Assembly: GCA_043228905.1 (NCBI GenBank)
Contig: JBHGNT010000021.1
Location: 1,984,001 to 2,048,000, forward strand
DNA length: 64,000 bases
Source of the DNA: Azolla caroliniana
Taxonomy: Eukaryota; Plantae; Polypodiophyta
Reading direction: 5' to 3'
Part shown: positions 12,251 through 30,800 of the stretch, piece by piece
How the letters are laid out: every line of letters starts with the position of its first letter
Position numbering within the stretch: the stretch's first letter is position 1
Translations under genes and position numbers: made by a program
The notes under the pieces: generated by a model
The model's input: the letters and a program-made list of their open reading frames with translations, nothing else
What the model was told of the DNA's origin: nothing
Database searches by the model: none

Positions 12251-13820
12251 ATGAGCTCTTATAACCTCATTCCACCTCTTATGCCTCTCTTGCTTTCCTT
12301 ATTGTGTTTTATCATCTTTCACTACTCTTCCACGTATGCACTTCATGTCAATTTCTACAAGCAATCATGTCCTAATGTCGAGAAGTTGGTTCTTGACGTC
12401 ATCCAATCGGCCACCAAATTGGATCCCACTGTCCCTACTGGCCTTCTTAGAATGCACTTCCATGATTGCTTTATTGAGGTAACTAGTTATACATTCATAA
12501 ATTGCATCTCCATTATTTCTTTATCAAGATATAATACCTTGCTCTATGGGAATGCATAGTTATAATCTAAATTTGTAACAGTATTAATATTGATTTACAA
12601 CCTCCACTTAAAATTAGTTTAACTTTTTTATTATCGACATTGGATTAAAACACATATTAAACATAAATGTAGGGGTGTGATGCTTCTATCTTACTCGATT
12701 CCAAGGCCAATAATACAGCCGAAAAAGACGGATCTCTAAATGTGTCTCTCCATGGTTTTGGTGTGATAGATAATGCCAAAGAAAAGATCGAGAAGGAATG
12801 CCCAAATGTTGTGTCATGTGCAGATATTCTAGCCATTGCAGCAAGAGATGCAGTCACTCTGGTAATTTATATACATGTGTGAACACTATCCAAACCTAGA
12901 ATTACATTTATATACAAAGAAAATTGTAATATCTAAGTTTGAAAATGGGAAAGGTGAAGAGTGATACAAATAGAATATGCATTATGAAGTTAATGCATTC
13001 ATATGTTGCTAACACATGATTGACATGTAAAATGAATGTGACGAGAAATATCACTTAGTATAAATTGGCAAACATAATAGATAAAATACAACTTAATCAA
13101 CATAATTAAAATGACATAATTTAAAGTCAGGTGGCCCCAAATGGGATGTTGTAAAAGGTCGTATGGATAGTAAGGTATCCATTGCAACCAACTTTAGGGG
13201 CAAACCACCTTCAAGTTTTAATGTATCGGAACTCCTCCAAAGTTTTAGTTTGAGCAACCTTTCATTGCTAGATATGGTGACATTATCAGGTAAAATTCAA
13301 CCATTTTCTTGTTGATATTGAGTATTATGGATTCCCCTCAACAATTCTAGCTTAGTTCCCATTTCACAACAATAACTTATCAACTTGTTTCTTTGTTTTG
13401 GAGGTAGGTGGTCACACTTTAGGCTTTGGCCATTGTTCATCATTCAACACACGATTATATCAATTTAGCAAAAGCAATGATATAGATCCAACCATGGACC
13501 CAAGCTTTGCTCAAAAGCTACGAAGTTTATGCCCATTAAACAAGAATACAAATAATGATGGAGCTTTCCTTGATGACACTAGATTTGCATTTGATAATAA
13601 TTATTACATCAATCTTGTAAAAGGAAGAGGTGTATTCACATCTGACCAGAGTCTCTTTCTCGACCCTCGAACCAAACATATAGTTGAGGATTATAGTTCC
13701 AATCAACAAACATTCTTCTCCCAATTCTCTAAGTCCATGGTAAAGATGAGCAAGGTCGGCATCAAAACAAAATCTAATGGGGAGATTCGTGCAAATTGCC
13801 GCATTGTAAATCCATCTTGA
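12251..13820 (+). CDS. Class III secretory peroxidase, PRX64-like, copy 1 (330 aa)
   Basis: Exons 12251-12478, 12673-12861, 13127-13289, 13408-13820. All introns GT-AG; 993 nt in frame. Signal peptide, [17 protein letters not shown] (distal His), [16 protein letters not shown] (proximal His) and 8 conserved Cys. Confidence 0.95.
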
Positions 13821-13966
13821 TTTACATTAAGTGTTTTATACATATTTCTTTTGCTTTATATAAAAGGTGGCTCCAATTATGTTCTTCACATCTTTATGAT
13901 ATGATATTAGAAATTTCATAGAGGAATCGTGCAAATCAAGGGAACCTCTATTTTTCTTCTCATGTA

Positions 13967-14398
13967 TAACAATCGGAAACGGTTCGGTTCAGTTCAAGAG
14001 GGTCAAAACCGAACAATTTAAAAATTTAGAAACCTGAACCGAACCACGAAACCGTTAAACCTAACATTTAAAACATTTTCAAAACATTAAGCCAATAAAC
14101 CGGTAAAACCGCACTTTCGTGGTTCAGTTTCGGTTTTCAACTTTGGTCAAATTTTAAAATTTTCATTATTTAACTTTTCAAAATTTTAAAGATTTTCCTA
14201 AAATGTGAGAATAAGGCATGAAAATGAAAATATTGTTTAAAAGCAATTTTTTTACTTTTAAAAAAAATAAATAAATAAATAAATAAAAACCGTTTAAACT
14301 GTGGTTTCTAACTGTTGAAACCGAACCAAACCGTTTAAATTGTTAAGCCGTTAAGCCATGGTTCAGTTCGGTTCAAACTGAATTGTTGCCAATTGTAA
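13967..14398. mobile_element. Non-autonomous hAT-type MITE (AACCG-rich)
   Basis: Imperfect TIRs TAACAATCGGAAAC / GTTGCCAATTGTAA, perfect 8-bp TSD CTCATGTA (13959-13966 and 14399-14406), many AACCG/CGGTT motifs. Lies ~150 bp past the peroxidase 1 stop. Confidence 0.85.
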
Positions 14399-17300
14399 CT
14401 CATGTATATAAATGGTGAAGGCCTCAAATGGAGTTACCAATGCTTCCATATGGGTTGTTAACGTATAGGGTGGTAAATATCTATCTAGAAGTCCACTTTG
14501 AAAGAGATTGAAAAGTATGCAATTGAACTTTCTTACAATGTTTGTCCATGTCCAGATGTAAGACATAAATAATTTCACTTATCAAACATTGGATCACTTC
14601 ATTTTTCATGCATCATGAGAATTTGTTAGTGATTTCCAATTGTGCTCATGATATCCCAATTATAGAACTTTTATGATGGACTCGTGCAAATTATATTTGC
14701 CTTTGAAGGCGATAATAAAATGTGTGTGAGAAAAATACTACATACAATGGGTACCACAATGGAATATGGTCACCCCTAAACAAGGAGTGGAATATGTGTG
14801 TTGAATTTCCAATGGGCAAGATGAACACTCCACCACGGAAAATTGTCATATTACTACTCAGTTCAACCTTTGTAGATATGTTTTGACTTCATGCCTACCA
14901 TCAAATACAAAGGCATTGTGCATATCCAAATTATGATAACGCAATCCCTAATATCTTAGAAATAGGAAAACGATCTCCATCTTTGATGTTGGGTCGAGTT
15001 GTGAAAATTTTCTCTCTAGTGTGTATGAAAAACTCTACAATGGTTATGGTACCACAATTTACTGTGGCCAATATTTTGAGTGTAATCGTGTGGTATAATA
15101 AATCATGGTTCTCTAACCTTAAGGATCAATGGGTATGGCTTAATTCATATGGAATGAAAAGTAAGCATCGAGTTATTCTTAATCATACGGTGGGAGATAA
15201 CTTTTGAGTGTTTCATAACTTGGCCACTTCTAGTAAAATAGTCAAGTGTGAAACAAACAAGGGCCTAGGGTTTGGGCCTATATAAAAAAGCTAGTGATAT
15301 TCGTAAGGGAGGAGTTAAGTTATTACATTGTTAGTGTATTGAGACACTAACAGTGTAGCAAAACTTTAGCTACATATGTGTGTTCCTCCTTCAAACCTAA
15401 GATACGATCCATGTCCAAAATCGATGGTATGGGATGTTGATGGGGGACTCAAATCCATCTCTCATCGTTGTTAGGGGATGGTCAAGTGGTCTAGCATCCT
15501 TTCTTCCTTATTTCCTCTTTTAATTTGCTTAATGTTAATTAAGATTCTTCCGACCACCACAAGATCCATCAAGTAAAGAAGAAAACAAATGGAACTAAAT
15601 GGTAATAAAGGAAATACAACCAAGACACTACCTCACTCTTGCATACAAGGGAGAACCAACACAAGTGTGGCAATGCTTCAAATATCTTGATATTAATACC
15701 CAATGATATAAATAGGTGGAATGTATGTTATGAGTCTTGACTTCCAGTGGGTTGGAATAGTTATCATATGTTTGAGAATCAAGATATGCATCTAACTCAT
15801 ACTTGAGGATGATGAGCGAGATTGATTTTATTCAATACCATGGTGGTTCGAGTGTTGCATGCAAGATGTGACAACAATCGTGCATCACCCATGTTTTCCA
15901 TATCCCCTTTATGCTGTCATTCGGAATGCAACAAAAACTCATAATCAATATCTGCGCACTAACTTTCCCAATAAGCTCCTACCATCAAATACAAAAGCAT
16001 TACACATATCCCAATTATGATGCAATCCCCGATACCTTAGAAATAGGATATTTTAAGACACAATTTTTTATCACTTAAGATCTTCTACCTTATCAATAGT
16101 GCAATAATATAAACAAGGTATATGCGCAAAACCTAACCCTTGGATTTATTCACTTTTACAAGAAATTTAACAAACTACCCACTTTCGAGGGTACTTCACA
16201 CTATATGCCATTGACAAAATGACATCCAACCCCACCAAACTAGTGGTACACAAAAACCTAATGCATTACTTTATTAGATCAAGTCACAATCTCACCATCT
16301 TGAAGCATCCTTGCCCACTTTATCACAAGTGGCTCTTCTAGGTCATCACTCATATGTCCAAGTGCTCCAACTTTGTCTTTTAGTCACACCAACCTTTCAC
16401 TAACTCTTCTCTAGCATTTGACTCTCTTTCAAATTCACATGACCATAATTTTCATTATACATTTTATTTGTCATGGTGCATGGACATATTTTTCAACATC
16501 ATTGATAAATCTTTCATCATCACCCTCATATAACTTTATTAATAGCATTATCGTCATTAGTTTTGCATTTGTCTTTTCTATTAGTATTAATCGCATGGAA
16601 ATCCCCACTCCCAAATAACCAATTATAATCCTCACTCACCCAAAAACCAAACCCATCATCCTCGCAAAACACCATTATCATTTACCCATATAAAAAACCA
16701 TCACCCTTATTGTTACCTCGAAAAACATCATTTACATCAACCCAATCATTATCAAACCCTACATTATCTGAACCACACATTTGCCCATTTCACTAACATC
16801 AATTATATCTTTACCATAATTCATATCTTCATGGTACACCTCTCAAATCACATTATCACGGCATACACCCATATTATCATCGCTTTGACATCGATATCAT
16901 ATCTAACCACACAATAAGCATCATTAGGAACCACTTCTATATAACCCACAACATTGTCACTAAATTCAATTTTCTCACACTTTGATTATCATAGAATGCA
17001 TCTTTGTAAGACTCTAGAACTTTATTTAATAGAAGCAAAAAAGAAAGTCTTTGATTATCATACAATGCATATTTGTAAGACTCCATATCTTTATCAAACA
17101 CAACCCACACTAATCTCATCATTTCTATCACTTAACCTACCTTGATTATCTCTATAAAACTCACACAACTTATTACAAAACCTATCAGAAAGTTCACTAA
17201 ACCTATCACCATTATCAAAATATCTATCATCATGAAAATATAAAATAAAAACAAATCACTCATATCCCAATCACAACCCCTTATCATCACCATCAGAATC

Positions 17301-18530
17301 ATTATCACGCTTATCAGTGCCATAATGAACATTAACATCATGTTTTAAACCTGTACCTTGTTTATACAGTAACTACCAACAAGACGGAAGATAATGCATG
17401 ATAGAGATTCGTTTTTTTCATAGAAAAGTTCATGTTCGAACACAGCAGGCATAAAGGCATGAGATTCAAGTGGCATTATATCAAATTTCAATGTATCCTT
17501 TAAACATATGTGAGGCTATATAAGCACATCTTATTGACGTGACAAAAGGGTGACCAAAGATACTATGAGGAGACCCATTAAAGGAAAATCTATTAGAAAG
17601 GTTGTAAATAAGCACTCATAAATAAAATACCTATTTGCTACTCATCTTGTCTTTTTTGTTATTCTTAAGCCTACTCTGTGAGTTAAAACATCTTGTTTGT
17701 ATTTTAGAGATGAGGAGGTTTAAATTCTCACAAGCTAACTTTTGATCCCACAGTCTTTCCCTAACTCCTGTTTCAGGACCCTAATGATTCAACTCACACA
17801 TATGACATGCCCATATGCACAACAAATTGTTCACATAAGTTTACCCACAGTTACTGTCATGATTTGACTTATAGGTCAATTTTGGCCTCTAGTAGACGAT
17901 GATATCTCTCTACCCTCGTGATAGACTATATTTTTATCAACCCACACTTCAGGGAATAAATCCCACTAATTTATTCGATGACTTCAATCAAGGTACATTT
18001 TGGTGTTTGCCAAAAATATGAACTCCCTAGTGATAAGCTAATATATCTCCACCCTAACAATGAGCTATATTTTTATCAACCCACACACTTCAGGTCATAA
18101 ATCCACAATTTTAATCTCTCCTCCCAAGACGCTATTTTGAAACATCAAATGCCTAAATATCATTCCCCATGTCGATATGCATGCAGACCACAAAAAACAA
18201 ATGAAAGAGATGCCATGTTTTTGAGCGTCAAACACATCGCATCTCTATTACTCTTTAAACCAAATGAAACCCAGCGAATTGATCTTACAAGAACATCTTC
18301 CATGGAAATATAAAAGATCCATGGATGATCTATATAACCTTTTGAGGTTTTATTATAGCCAGCAAACATAAGCTTATCTCATAGATCATAAAATGCACAG
18401 ATCAATTGAAGTATTTGTTTCTCTCAACTGCATACAAGATTGAGCAAGTACTAATGCTAAGTGCATTGATTTTTGCAGCCAAGAATTTGCACATTTCACA
18501 ATGAAAGTTATGTTACCTTTAGGACATGGT

Positions 18531-21139
<2,609 letters not shown>

Positions 21140-21295
21140 GTCTCTCCTCAGGTGACCTGCTACCACTCTCAACCTCTCTGTTTCCCTCATATACATACAT
21201 ATATGTATAGAGACAGCGAGAGACACACACATGCATGCAGATTAGGTTCTCTGTATCTTCATTAGACCTATACATATATCACATACACACAACAC

Positions 21296-21540
21296 ATGTA
21301 TAATGTATAATGTATAATGTATAATGTATAATGTATAATGTATGTATATGTATTATGTATAATGTATAATGTGTAATGTGTAATGTGTAATGTGTAATGT
21401 GTAATGTGTAATGTGTAATGTATATGTATTATGTATTATGTATTATGTATTATGTATTATGTATTATGTATTATGTATAATGTATAATGTATAATGTATT
21501 ATGTATTATGTATTATGTATTATGTATTATGTATTATGTG
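21296..21540. repeat. Heptamer tandem array (TGTATAA / TGTGTAA / TGTATTA variants)
   Basis: About 35 units arranged in homogeneous blocks of variants. Confidence 0.95.
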
Positions 21541-22849
21541 AGAAATTACCAAATTACCCCTGCCTTTTTTGGCATATTCTCCACTATACCCCTTAGCCCT
21601 CATACATTTTTATCATTATGGGAGTTGGGTGCTCGGATAATATATCCTCTAATCCAACATGTTTGACAACCAATGGAACTAACTAACTAATTATAGTTAT
21701 CTATAGGTTTGGTTTACTCTCATAAATATACGAAACATGAAATGCGTTTCGAAATACTTCGTGGCTTTTCTACATATGTGTGTAAATGTAACGTTCTCTT
21801 GCATTTTGCATTGTTTTGTCAAATTAACGGTAAGGTTGGTTTAATCACCTATTATAAACACAATTATTAAATGGTATAAATTTCATGATTGGCAGTTTGA
21901 TTCTATAAAATATGATTTCTATCTAATGATCTGGAGTCTCGACGTGGGGCTTCACGCACGTAACTTTGTATCTTTTTGTCGAAATCTATTTTTTATACTA
22001 GTAGGGATGGCTTGAAAGTGATTTTCTCAACTTGATACTTTAAGTCGTCTAGACAAATAAATTAATACATTACTTTTTGCATAAATTTTGTTACTCCTTG
22101 ATGTCAAGGAATTAGTGTGCATTCTAAATCAAATGTAAGTCAATGGACAACACAACGCTTTTTTTTTATCACTACCAATCAGAGGAAACTCTACAGTCAA
22201 GGTTGTCACTCTTGTTTGACACAAATGTTGTTTGTTACTAAGGTTTTTGACCAATATCAATTGTTTTTAAGTAGGGAAAGTATTTTAGATTGTTGATTTG
22301 ATAGTCAAGGCTAGGCGTATGGGTTGTGCTAACTTTGCACACTAAACCAATAAAAAGAACTACACTTTGTCATCACAATCTAATTTGTCGCAATGTTAAG
22401 AGTGTTGTGCATGTTTGATGTTGACATTCATCGTCCGTTTAGCATCGAATGTGTTGCTTAGTGCAAATTGACATGACTTAAGTAGCAGTGAGTATTTGTT
22501 ATGAGAAAGTTACAAGGTTGTCATGTGCAACTTTGACTAGGTCCACACGAAGTGAAAAGATTAGTATATCATTATCTAGTGGAAAACAACGTAGCCCAAT
22601 AGTTGTCGCTAATTGTTTAACTAACTTCACTCTAATATATCTTGCACCTTTAGGTTCTAATATGCGTTTTGCCCATTGATTGCTTACAAAGGAAACCTGA
22701 AACCTCCCCCCACCCACCCACTCCCCCCAACCCCCCCATTTTCTCTTGAAGATGGGAAAACGCTAACCATGACGAAAAGGAATAAGAGGCATGGTGTGGT
22801 GTGGTGTGGTGTGTTAGGATTGTCTTCCTCACCTTAGGACACACCTTTA

Positions 22850-23260
22850 TATACCAACCCTTTCACAAAGGTTTTCATGTCTTTCAACAAACAACAATAT
22901 GGTTGTGTGTCCACACCTACACCTAAGACATCTCAAAGTAGCCTCGTGACAATTATTGTCATGACATACTATCCCCTCTAAATGATCAACCATTGTCCTC
23001 GATATGAGGTTTCTAAATGCCTTATGGAACTTACTATTTGTGGCATCATTCATATTGGTGAAAGTTCACTATATTCTGCATAGGGGTATTATAAGTCTTA
23101 GCTCAACATATTTGCTTTACAACACATCCAAAAATTTCTTGGTAGCTTTAGAGTGATTCTACCTATTGTTAAAGACTCACAAGGAATAACCAAGTTTTGG
23201 CTAGGTTCAAACTTTTTTACCCACATACTTCACAATGTCCTCTAGCTTTGCTTGATTTCT
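22850..23260 (-). mobile_element. Decayed LINE RT fragment
   Basis: Minus-strand KFHKAFRNLISR resembles the RT DFxKAFD motif. Heavily degenerate. Confidence 0.3.
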
Positions 23261-23862
23261 TTTTAGAGATTAATTAACATGGTGAGAGGGTTCAAATCTT
23301 TCACTTATTTTTTTTGAGTTGTTTTTCATGGGAACTTGAAATCTATGCACTATGAAAAGTGCAATCTCAAGAACCATGATAATTTCATGAAGGAGAGCTA
23401 TGAAGGTGATGAATGACAAGAAGCCATGGATAGTCTATCTTATGGTATATCCAATCGCTTAAAAGAGGCATTGATTTACACACACATTTCTTTATTTAAC
23501 TATGAAATATAAGTCTAGGTATGTGATGACGAATAGAAAATGGGAGTTAGTAATATCTCACATGAAGGATTGAGTCGTTGTGGTTACAAAAATAAAACAA
23601 AAGCCCAATCACAGAAAGAAAAGACAAAAATGAGCAAAACAAGTTCTACACTCAAGAGAAAGTTCAAATGTTGCCTACAACAACTATTGCATAATCTATA
23701 TACATGTATGCGCGCACAGACACTTATATATATAACATTACATATACTCTTAAAACAACTTAAACCTTCTCCTTTGCCAACTTTCATTCCAACAAAACCT
23801 TATTCTCTCTATGGTCTTCAATTCTTCTATATTGAATTGAGTTTTTATAGCCTCACGCAATT

Positions 23863-25343
<1,481 letters not shown>

Positions 25344-25869
25344 TTTACATTAGGCATTATCCATATTTCTATTGCTTTGTTTAGGATCTATATGTATAAT
25401 GTAACCATGTTGCATTATTATCACTTGTTGGACAAGACTTCAAAGTTGTATACTATTTAAAATAATGCAAAAAAGAGAGAGAATGAATTCCTTAATGTTT
25501 ATTAGCATTTGTTTTAACAACATTGAAATAGTAAGTGATTTACATTAGAAATTTTGAAGGCTTACCCCAATGGTAAGTTGTTACACTACTAGCACTATGT
25601 CTTGGCTTCAAGATCCAATTTTCTCACCTTGTTATTACTCCATACTATCCTCTTAGTTTACTAGATGCCAATGTGGAATGTAGGGGTTGAATGGTGAACC
25701 TTAACAATTGCTTTCTCTCACTACATCATGGTGAAAGACCACAATTATATTAATAAATGTCTATGAAAAAATATAATAGTACTACAACTTATTGGTGTCA
25801 CCACACATGATAGTGGGACACATTGAATTGTCATACCAATATTGTCTTCAACTCTCATGTATATATGCA

Positions 25870-25990
25870 TATCAAATACAAGTCCATCAAATACAAAAAA
25901 TTGTGCATATCCCAATATCACGCAATCCCAAATATCTTTGGAAGTGAAAATGATCTCCATCTTTAACACCCAATATCTTGACATTGAGTA
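25870..25990 (-). mobile_element. Copia gag N-terminal remnant (related copies at ~14890-14990 and ~15978-16050)
   Basis: Translates to YWVLKMEIIFTSKDIWDCVILGY, typical of a Copia gag start. The nucleotide motif CCATCAAATACAAA...CATATCC...GCAATCCC is shared by the three copies. Confidence 0.5.
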
Positions 25991-27850
25991 AGAATGTGAA
26001 AAGCTTACTAAACCTAAGAAATGTAACCCAAATCTAGCTAGCAATATAATATTATATGAAATGACTAAGTAATTTCTTAAACTTAAACGATACAAAAGAA
26101 GCAATTTTCTATTGCAAGTGTATTTCTCTTAATAGCTAATCCTAAACGTAAACCCTTAATCAATACTCTCCACATGAAGACCTTTGCTAGAAGTGACAAT
26201 TTTGATCTCCAGCAGTGTTTCAAGATTTTCAACTATTCAATCAAAGTTATATAGCTTCCATTTTAGTTTAGCCTTAGATGATAGTAATCAAAGACATGCA
26301 ATAGAGTAATTGTACATTAGATTATTAGTCACTCTAAAACTTGTGTTTGATTCCCTAAACATCGATAAAACTGTAGTTGCTATTTGGTTTGTATAAGTAA
26401 AGGACCTTGCTTCTATTTTGTATGCCATAGTTGTTAAATAAACCCATAGTTGGGAAAGATGTAGCACTTGAAAAAACAAATGAGATTGACATTGATGATG
26501 TATAAGCCCAACCTTGAGTTGGTGATCTTGACATGAGGATGGCTTACATGTTATAATAGAGAATTAATGGCTTGCAATCGACTTTGGATATCCAAAGCTC
26601 CTCATTTAGTGGTGTATGTAATAATAATGCATTAATCTAGGAAGGGCATATGAGATTTGTTAAAGAAAACCTCGTTATCATTGTTCATTAATTAACTCAT
26701 ACATTTAATCAATAATCTTAATGTTTTAACGAGTTATATATCATGCCTCCACTGCCTTAGTATCCACTTGTTTCTATAGGTGAGTGAGTGTATGTATGCT
26801 TAATCATGTTGGTCCCAACCGGGGTTACAAGCACTTCCATAGGTCCACTTGGAAATAGTTTGAAAAGGAAAAACCTTTTCCTTTTCAACATCTCCACTTA
26901 GAATAGGTTAAAAAAGGAAAACCATTCATTCAGTCATAATGTTTGTCCAAGTCACATATGTTTCTACTGATGAACCATGGGCATGATAGGCATGCAAAGG
27001 GTGTTGGAATATATCTTAAGATTAAACAAAACATTAATATTAAATTCGTCGAGGTGCAAGGGAAACACATTTTGAGTTTATATTAGTAATCACAAGTTTC
27101 TACCATCTCATAGATACCTAATGCACAAGTGACTAATGGACAAATCCTCTTGCATGAAGGCATATATATGTTAACTTAGTGTCATCGCCTAAAGGGAATT
27201 AGATGTCAACGTGTGCATGTCATACGTGGTGGAGTTGGCATACTCATAGAATATGTATGGTATGGTGAACCATGCCATATTTTTCAAAACTTTATCCCTA
27301 TCATGCTGAGATGCTTTAGCAAGGGAATACTAATTTTCTTCTTCTATGCCTAGAGAAAGGCATCTATGGGTTCTAGAAACATTCATAGTTTTCGGATCAC
27401 CCAAGAGTATGATTATGAACATATATCGTTAAAATCCCAATGTCAATGTTTAATTAGAGTATATTACACAATTCAAGGAGGTTGTAGCTTATAGTTTCAA
27501 AATATGCATCATATTATCCCAAATAAAATTTGGAAATATATGTGTGCTCAAGCCTATAATAACCTAGATATCACAACAATGAGATGATACCATCATAACT
27601 GAAAAAGCGTCCACAATCCCCATATATAATCTTCTTAAAAATACGAAACTCTTTATATGACTTAGGTTTGCTTGAAAGCTAGATAGATGGTTACACGATA
27701 TCCGAATAAATCAATAATAATCCATAGAAGTGTTCTCGAACAAGTGTAACTCATTAACACCAAGGTGTTAATCGAAGAGAACTAGATACATATAGTAGTT
27801 ACCCGGATATCGTGATATAGTTCACACAATACCCGAACCGTGTATATCAT

Positions 27851-30800
27851 TCATTCTCTAGAGAGAGACCGATCTTCAATGTTTGCAATAGGACCTTTGA
27901 ACCAGAACTTGGCACTTCCAAGCCAAGTGCCCACAATAAGGATGGTTATCCCTCCTACTGCAACAGGTGTGTAATTCAAGGTCTCCACTGTGATTGGATA
28001 CTGTACAGGTAAAGAGAAGAGGATTGTGATCATACAAACCCACAATACAGCCACCCACCCAGTCATAACACCCCATGCCCCCAGATTGAATGGACCAGGA
28101 ACAAAGCTTTTCCTTGCTAATATGACTCTGAAGAATGATGGCAATGCATATGCAATGTATAAACCTATGGTTGCTATGGAAACCATGGCTTGAAATGCTA
28201 CTGAACTCCCCAAGGACTGCATTAAGCACAACAACAACATAAAACAGAAACATTAGGCTCTATTCAATCTCACAACATTTATATGAAGTGTTGCTGAAAG
28301 AAGAGGAATGCAAAAGTTGGTTTTTGTTAGTCAACATACTGGTACTGCCATTAAAAATGCAATCACTGCAGAGAGCCACACTGCATTCAAAGGTACATCC
28401 CATTGATTCACCTCATGCCATAGTTCGGAGAAAGGCATGGCACCATCTCTAGAAAATGCATATGCCATCCTATATAGATTAAAGGGAAATCAATTAGGCA
28501 CATGGTAAAAGAGCCGATCTTCTTCTTGGCTATATATATAGCCTTGTTGAGAACATCAGCCTATTGTTATCAGCTGTATAAACAAAACCTCTCTTGATGA
28601 AGCATAAGAATAAAAAGAATCTAAGTAACTTCTCCGGTAAATTCTCGAATCGCATTCTTGTTTGATATAAGAATACAAGGCCCTCGCAGGTGCTATACCC
28701 ATAGATACGAAAATAGGTAATCTGTAGCATCTTGTAAACAAAAGTATCTTTGTTTTCATTGAAAATGTGATAGTTGTATGGGAGACAAGAACTAGTGGAA
28801 TAGCATAGTGACTGATTTTATGTGGATAGTTCTTTACCGATTTGCAATGTTGAGTTTAAAACCTTACCTACAACGATGATCAGTTTACCTGATTCATATA
28901 GAGATAAAGATGAATGTGGGTGCAGATGTGCCACAAAATACTAAGATTAGCGATTAAGACCTCTCGATCTTGGATCGACACATGGTGAAGATCTTTCGAC
29001 AGCAGAAGTTTCTGTGTATCTAAGCTCAGAAATGTTAACTGCTTCACTAAAGAAAATATTTAGGGGCCTTAGGAAATTTTACTAGCCTAGAGATATTTAT
29101 TTTAACTTTCCTGTTCTCAAAGATCAGAAAACATCTTAAGATGTAATCTGTCGTTTGGCCTCCCAAAAGATTGCTAAAAATATTTCTTTCTTTGTGGAAA
29201 ATCCTAAGAAAATGGCACACCTGGAATTGCTTGTGATTGAACTCATGCCACAAAAGAAGATGGCAACAGCAACTATGCAAAGGCATACAATACCACCAGT
29301 GCCAGAACCATATCTGTTTTGAAATGCATCATAGAATATTTGGGCAATTGCATAGCCGTTTGCATCGTTTGAAGTATCCAACACGTGACTCAAATCAGTC
29401 ACAGCAAATGTTACACCAACAAGATATGCCCATCCCACTACAATAGAGATTATCACCGCACTAACGATACCAATCGGACCATTTTTGTCTGATGATTTTG
29501 TTTCTTCAGACTGCATACAAACATTCAGAATGTGATTATCTGCCCATTGAATGCTGTCCCATTTAAAGCATGAAAATTTGCTAACAATCACCATGTGAGC
29601 AGAGGCATCATAACCACTGAGTGAGTATTGGGCCATAAGAAGGCCAACAAGAAATATATATGGCTCACTTTGTATGTTAAACGAATTCTCAGCATTGAAG
29701 TGTGTAAAAACAAATTCTACAGAGGCCCTCGTTGGAGACACGAGGGGTATAAGAATCATGAGGACAAATACTCCTGCAAATCAATGTAGTGTATTTACAT
29801 AATCAAATGGCCTTAGCCTATATACAATATCAAATACAATTGAAACATCATATATACTCAACACTATACAACTCAATAATGTCAGAATTACCGATAACAT
29901 TCCATACAGCTGCAATCATCCCAAGATGAGCGAGCCAGATGATGGGAAGGTTGTTTAATAGTGCATGAAGGAAAAGAAGGCATCCATGAATGGCTAACAC
30001 CTCATACTTATTGATCAAATGTCCTCCCCCATTAACACCTCCAGTGCTCAGCAATATGATAACTTGTAAGAGAATCGCCAAGGAGTAGTCCACACTTGTG
30101 GTCACAGCCCACTGACATAGTTTATCAATGAATAAAATAGGAGTAAAACAAACATATCCTTCTCGAAATCAAATGTACAGATGATGGGATTGTGTCTCAT
30201 GTGTATGTTTTTTGATGAATTTGTGTTTTGTGACCAGAACTTCTACCAACACAATGATAGTGTAAATAAATACACACCTGACCCACAATGTTGAACCTGC
30301 AACCATAGGATCACGGTCTGAAAAAACCAAAAACCAAAAACCAAAACCCTAGGCAATTATGCTTGTTCTAAGTACTTAAATTACTTCTAATATATCAAAC
30401 TCAAAATCATCATGTTTCCTCTAATTCAAAATAAAATGTGGTTTTCACAAAAGGGGGGAAAAAACACATGTTCCAAAAATAATAATTAATTCTACAATCA
30501 CCAGCTAAGTTATTACAACACATGCTCAGAACCTAAGTCTTGAGAACTCCATTTTAATGATAAGATTTGTTCTTATAAACATGTTTACCATCCAGTTATC
30601 CAAGATGCAAAGGGTCCCCATTCCTTGCCGGCTAGTCTGTAGCTCCAAAAGTAGAGACCTCCTGAAGTAGGATAAGCTGAGCAAATTTCAGCCATAGATA
30701 GGGAGACAAACATAGTAAATACTCCTGCGATGATCCATCCATAGATCATGGAGATTGGACCTCCATAGGCAAGCCCCGTGTTGTATAATGTGGTAACTCC

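Noticed and set aside
11704-12264. 186-aa ORF upstream of peroxidase 1
   Set aside because: AT-rich promoter sequence with no recognisable motif, in a different frame from the peroxidase; likely a chance ORF.
16600-17350. ATC/ACC-rich region with Met/Ile-rich ORFs
   Set aside because: Low-complexity degenerate repeat with no coding signal or splice structure.
21296-21540. Heptamer array as an interstitial telomere
   Set aside because: The unit is TGTATAA-type, not TTTAGGG.
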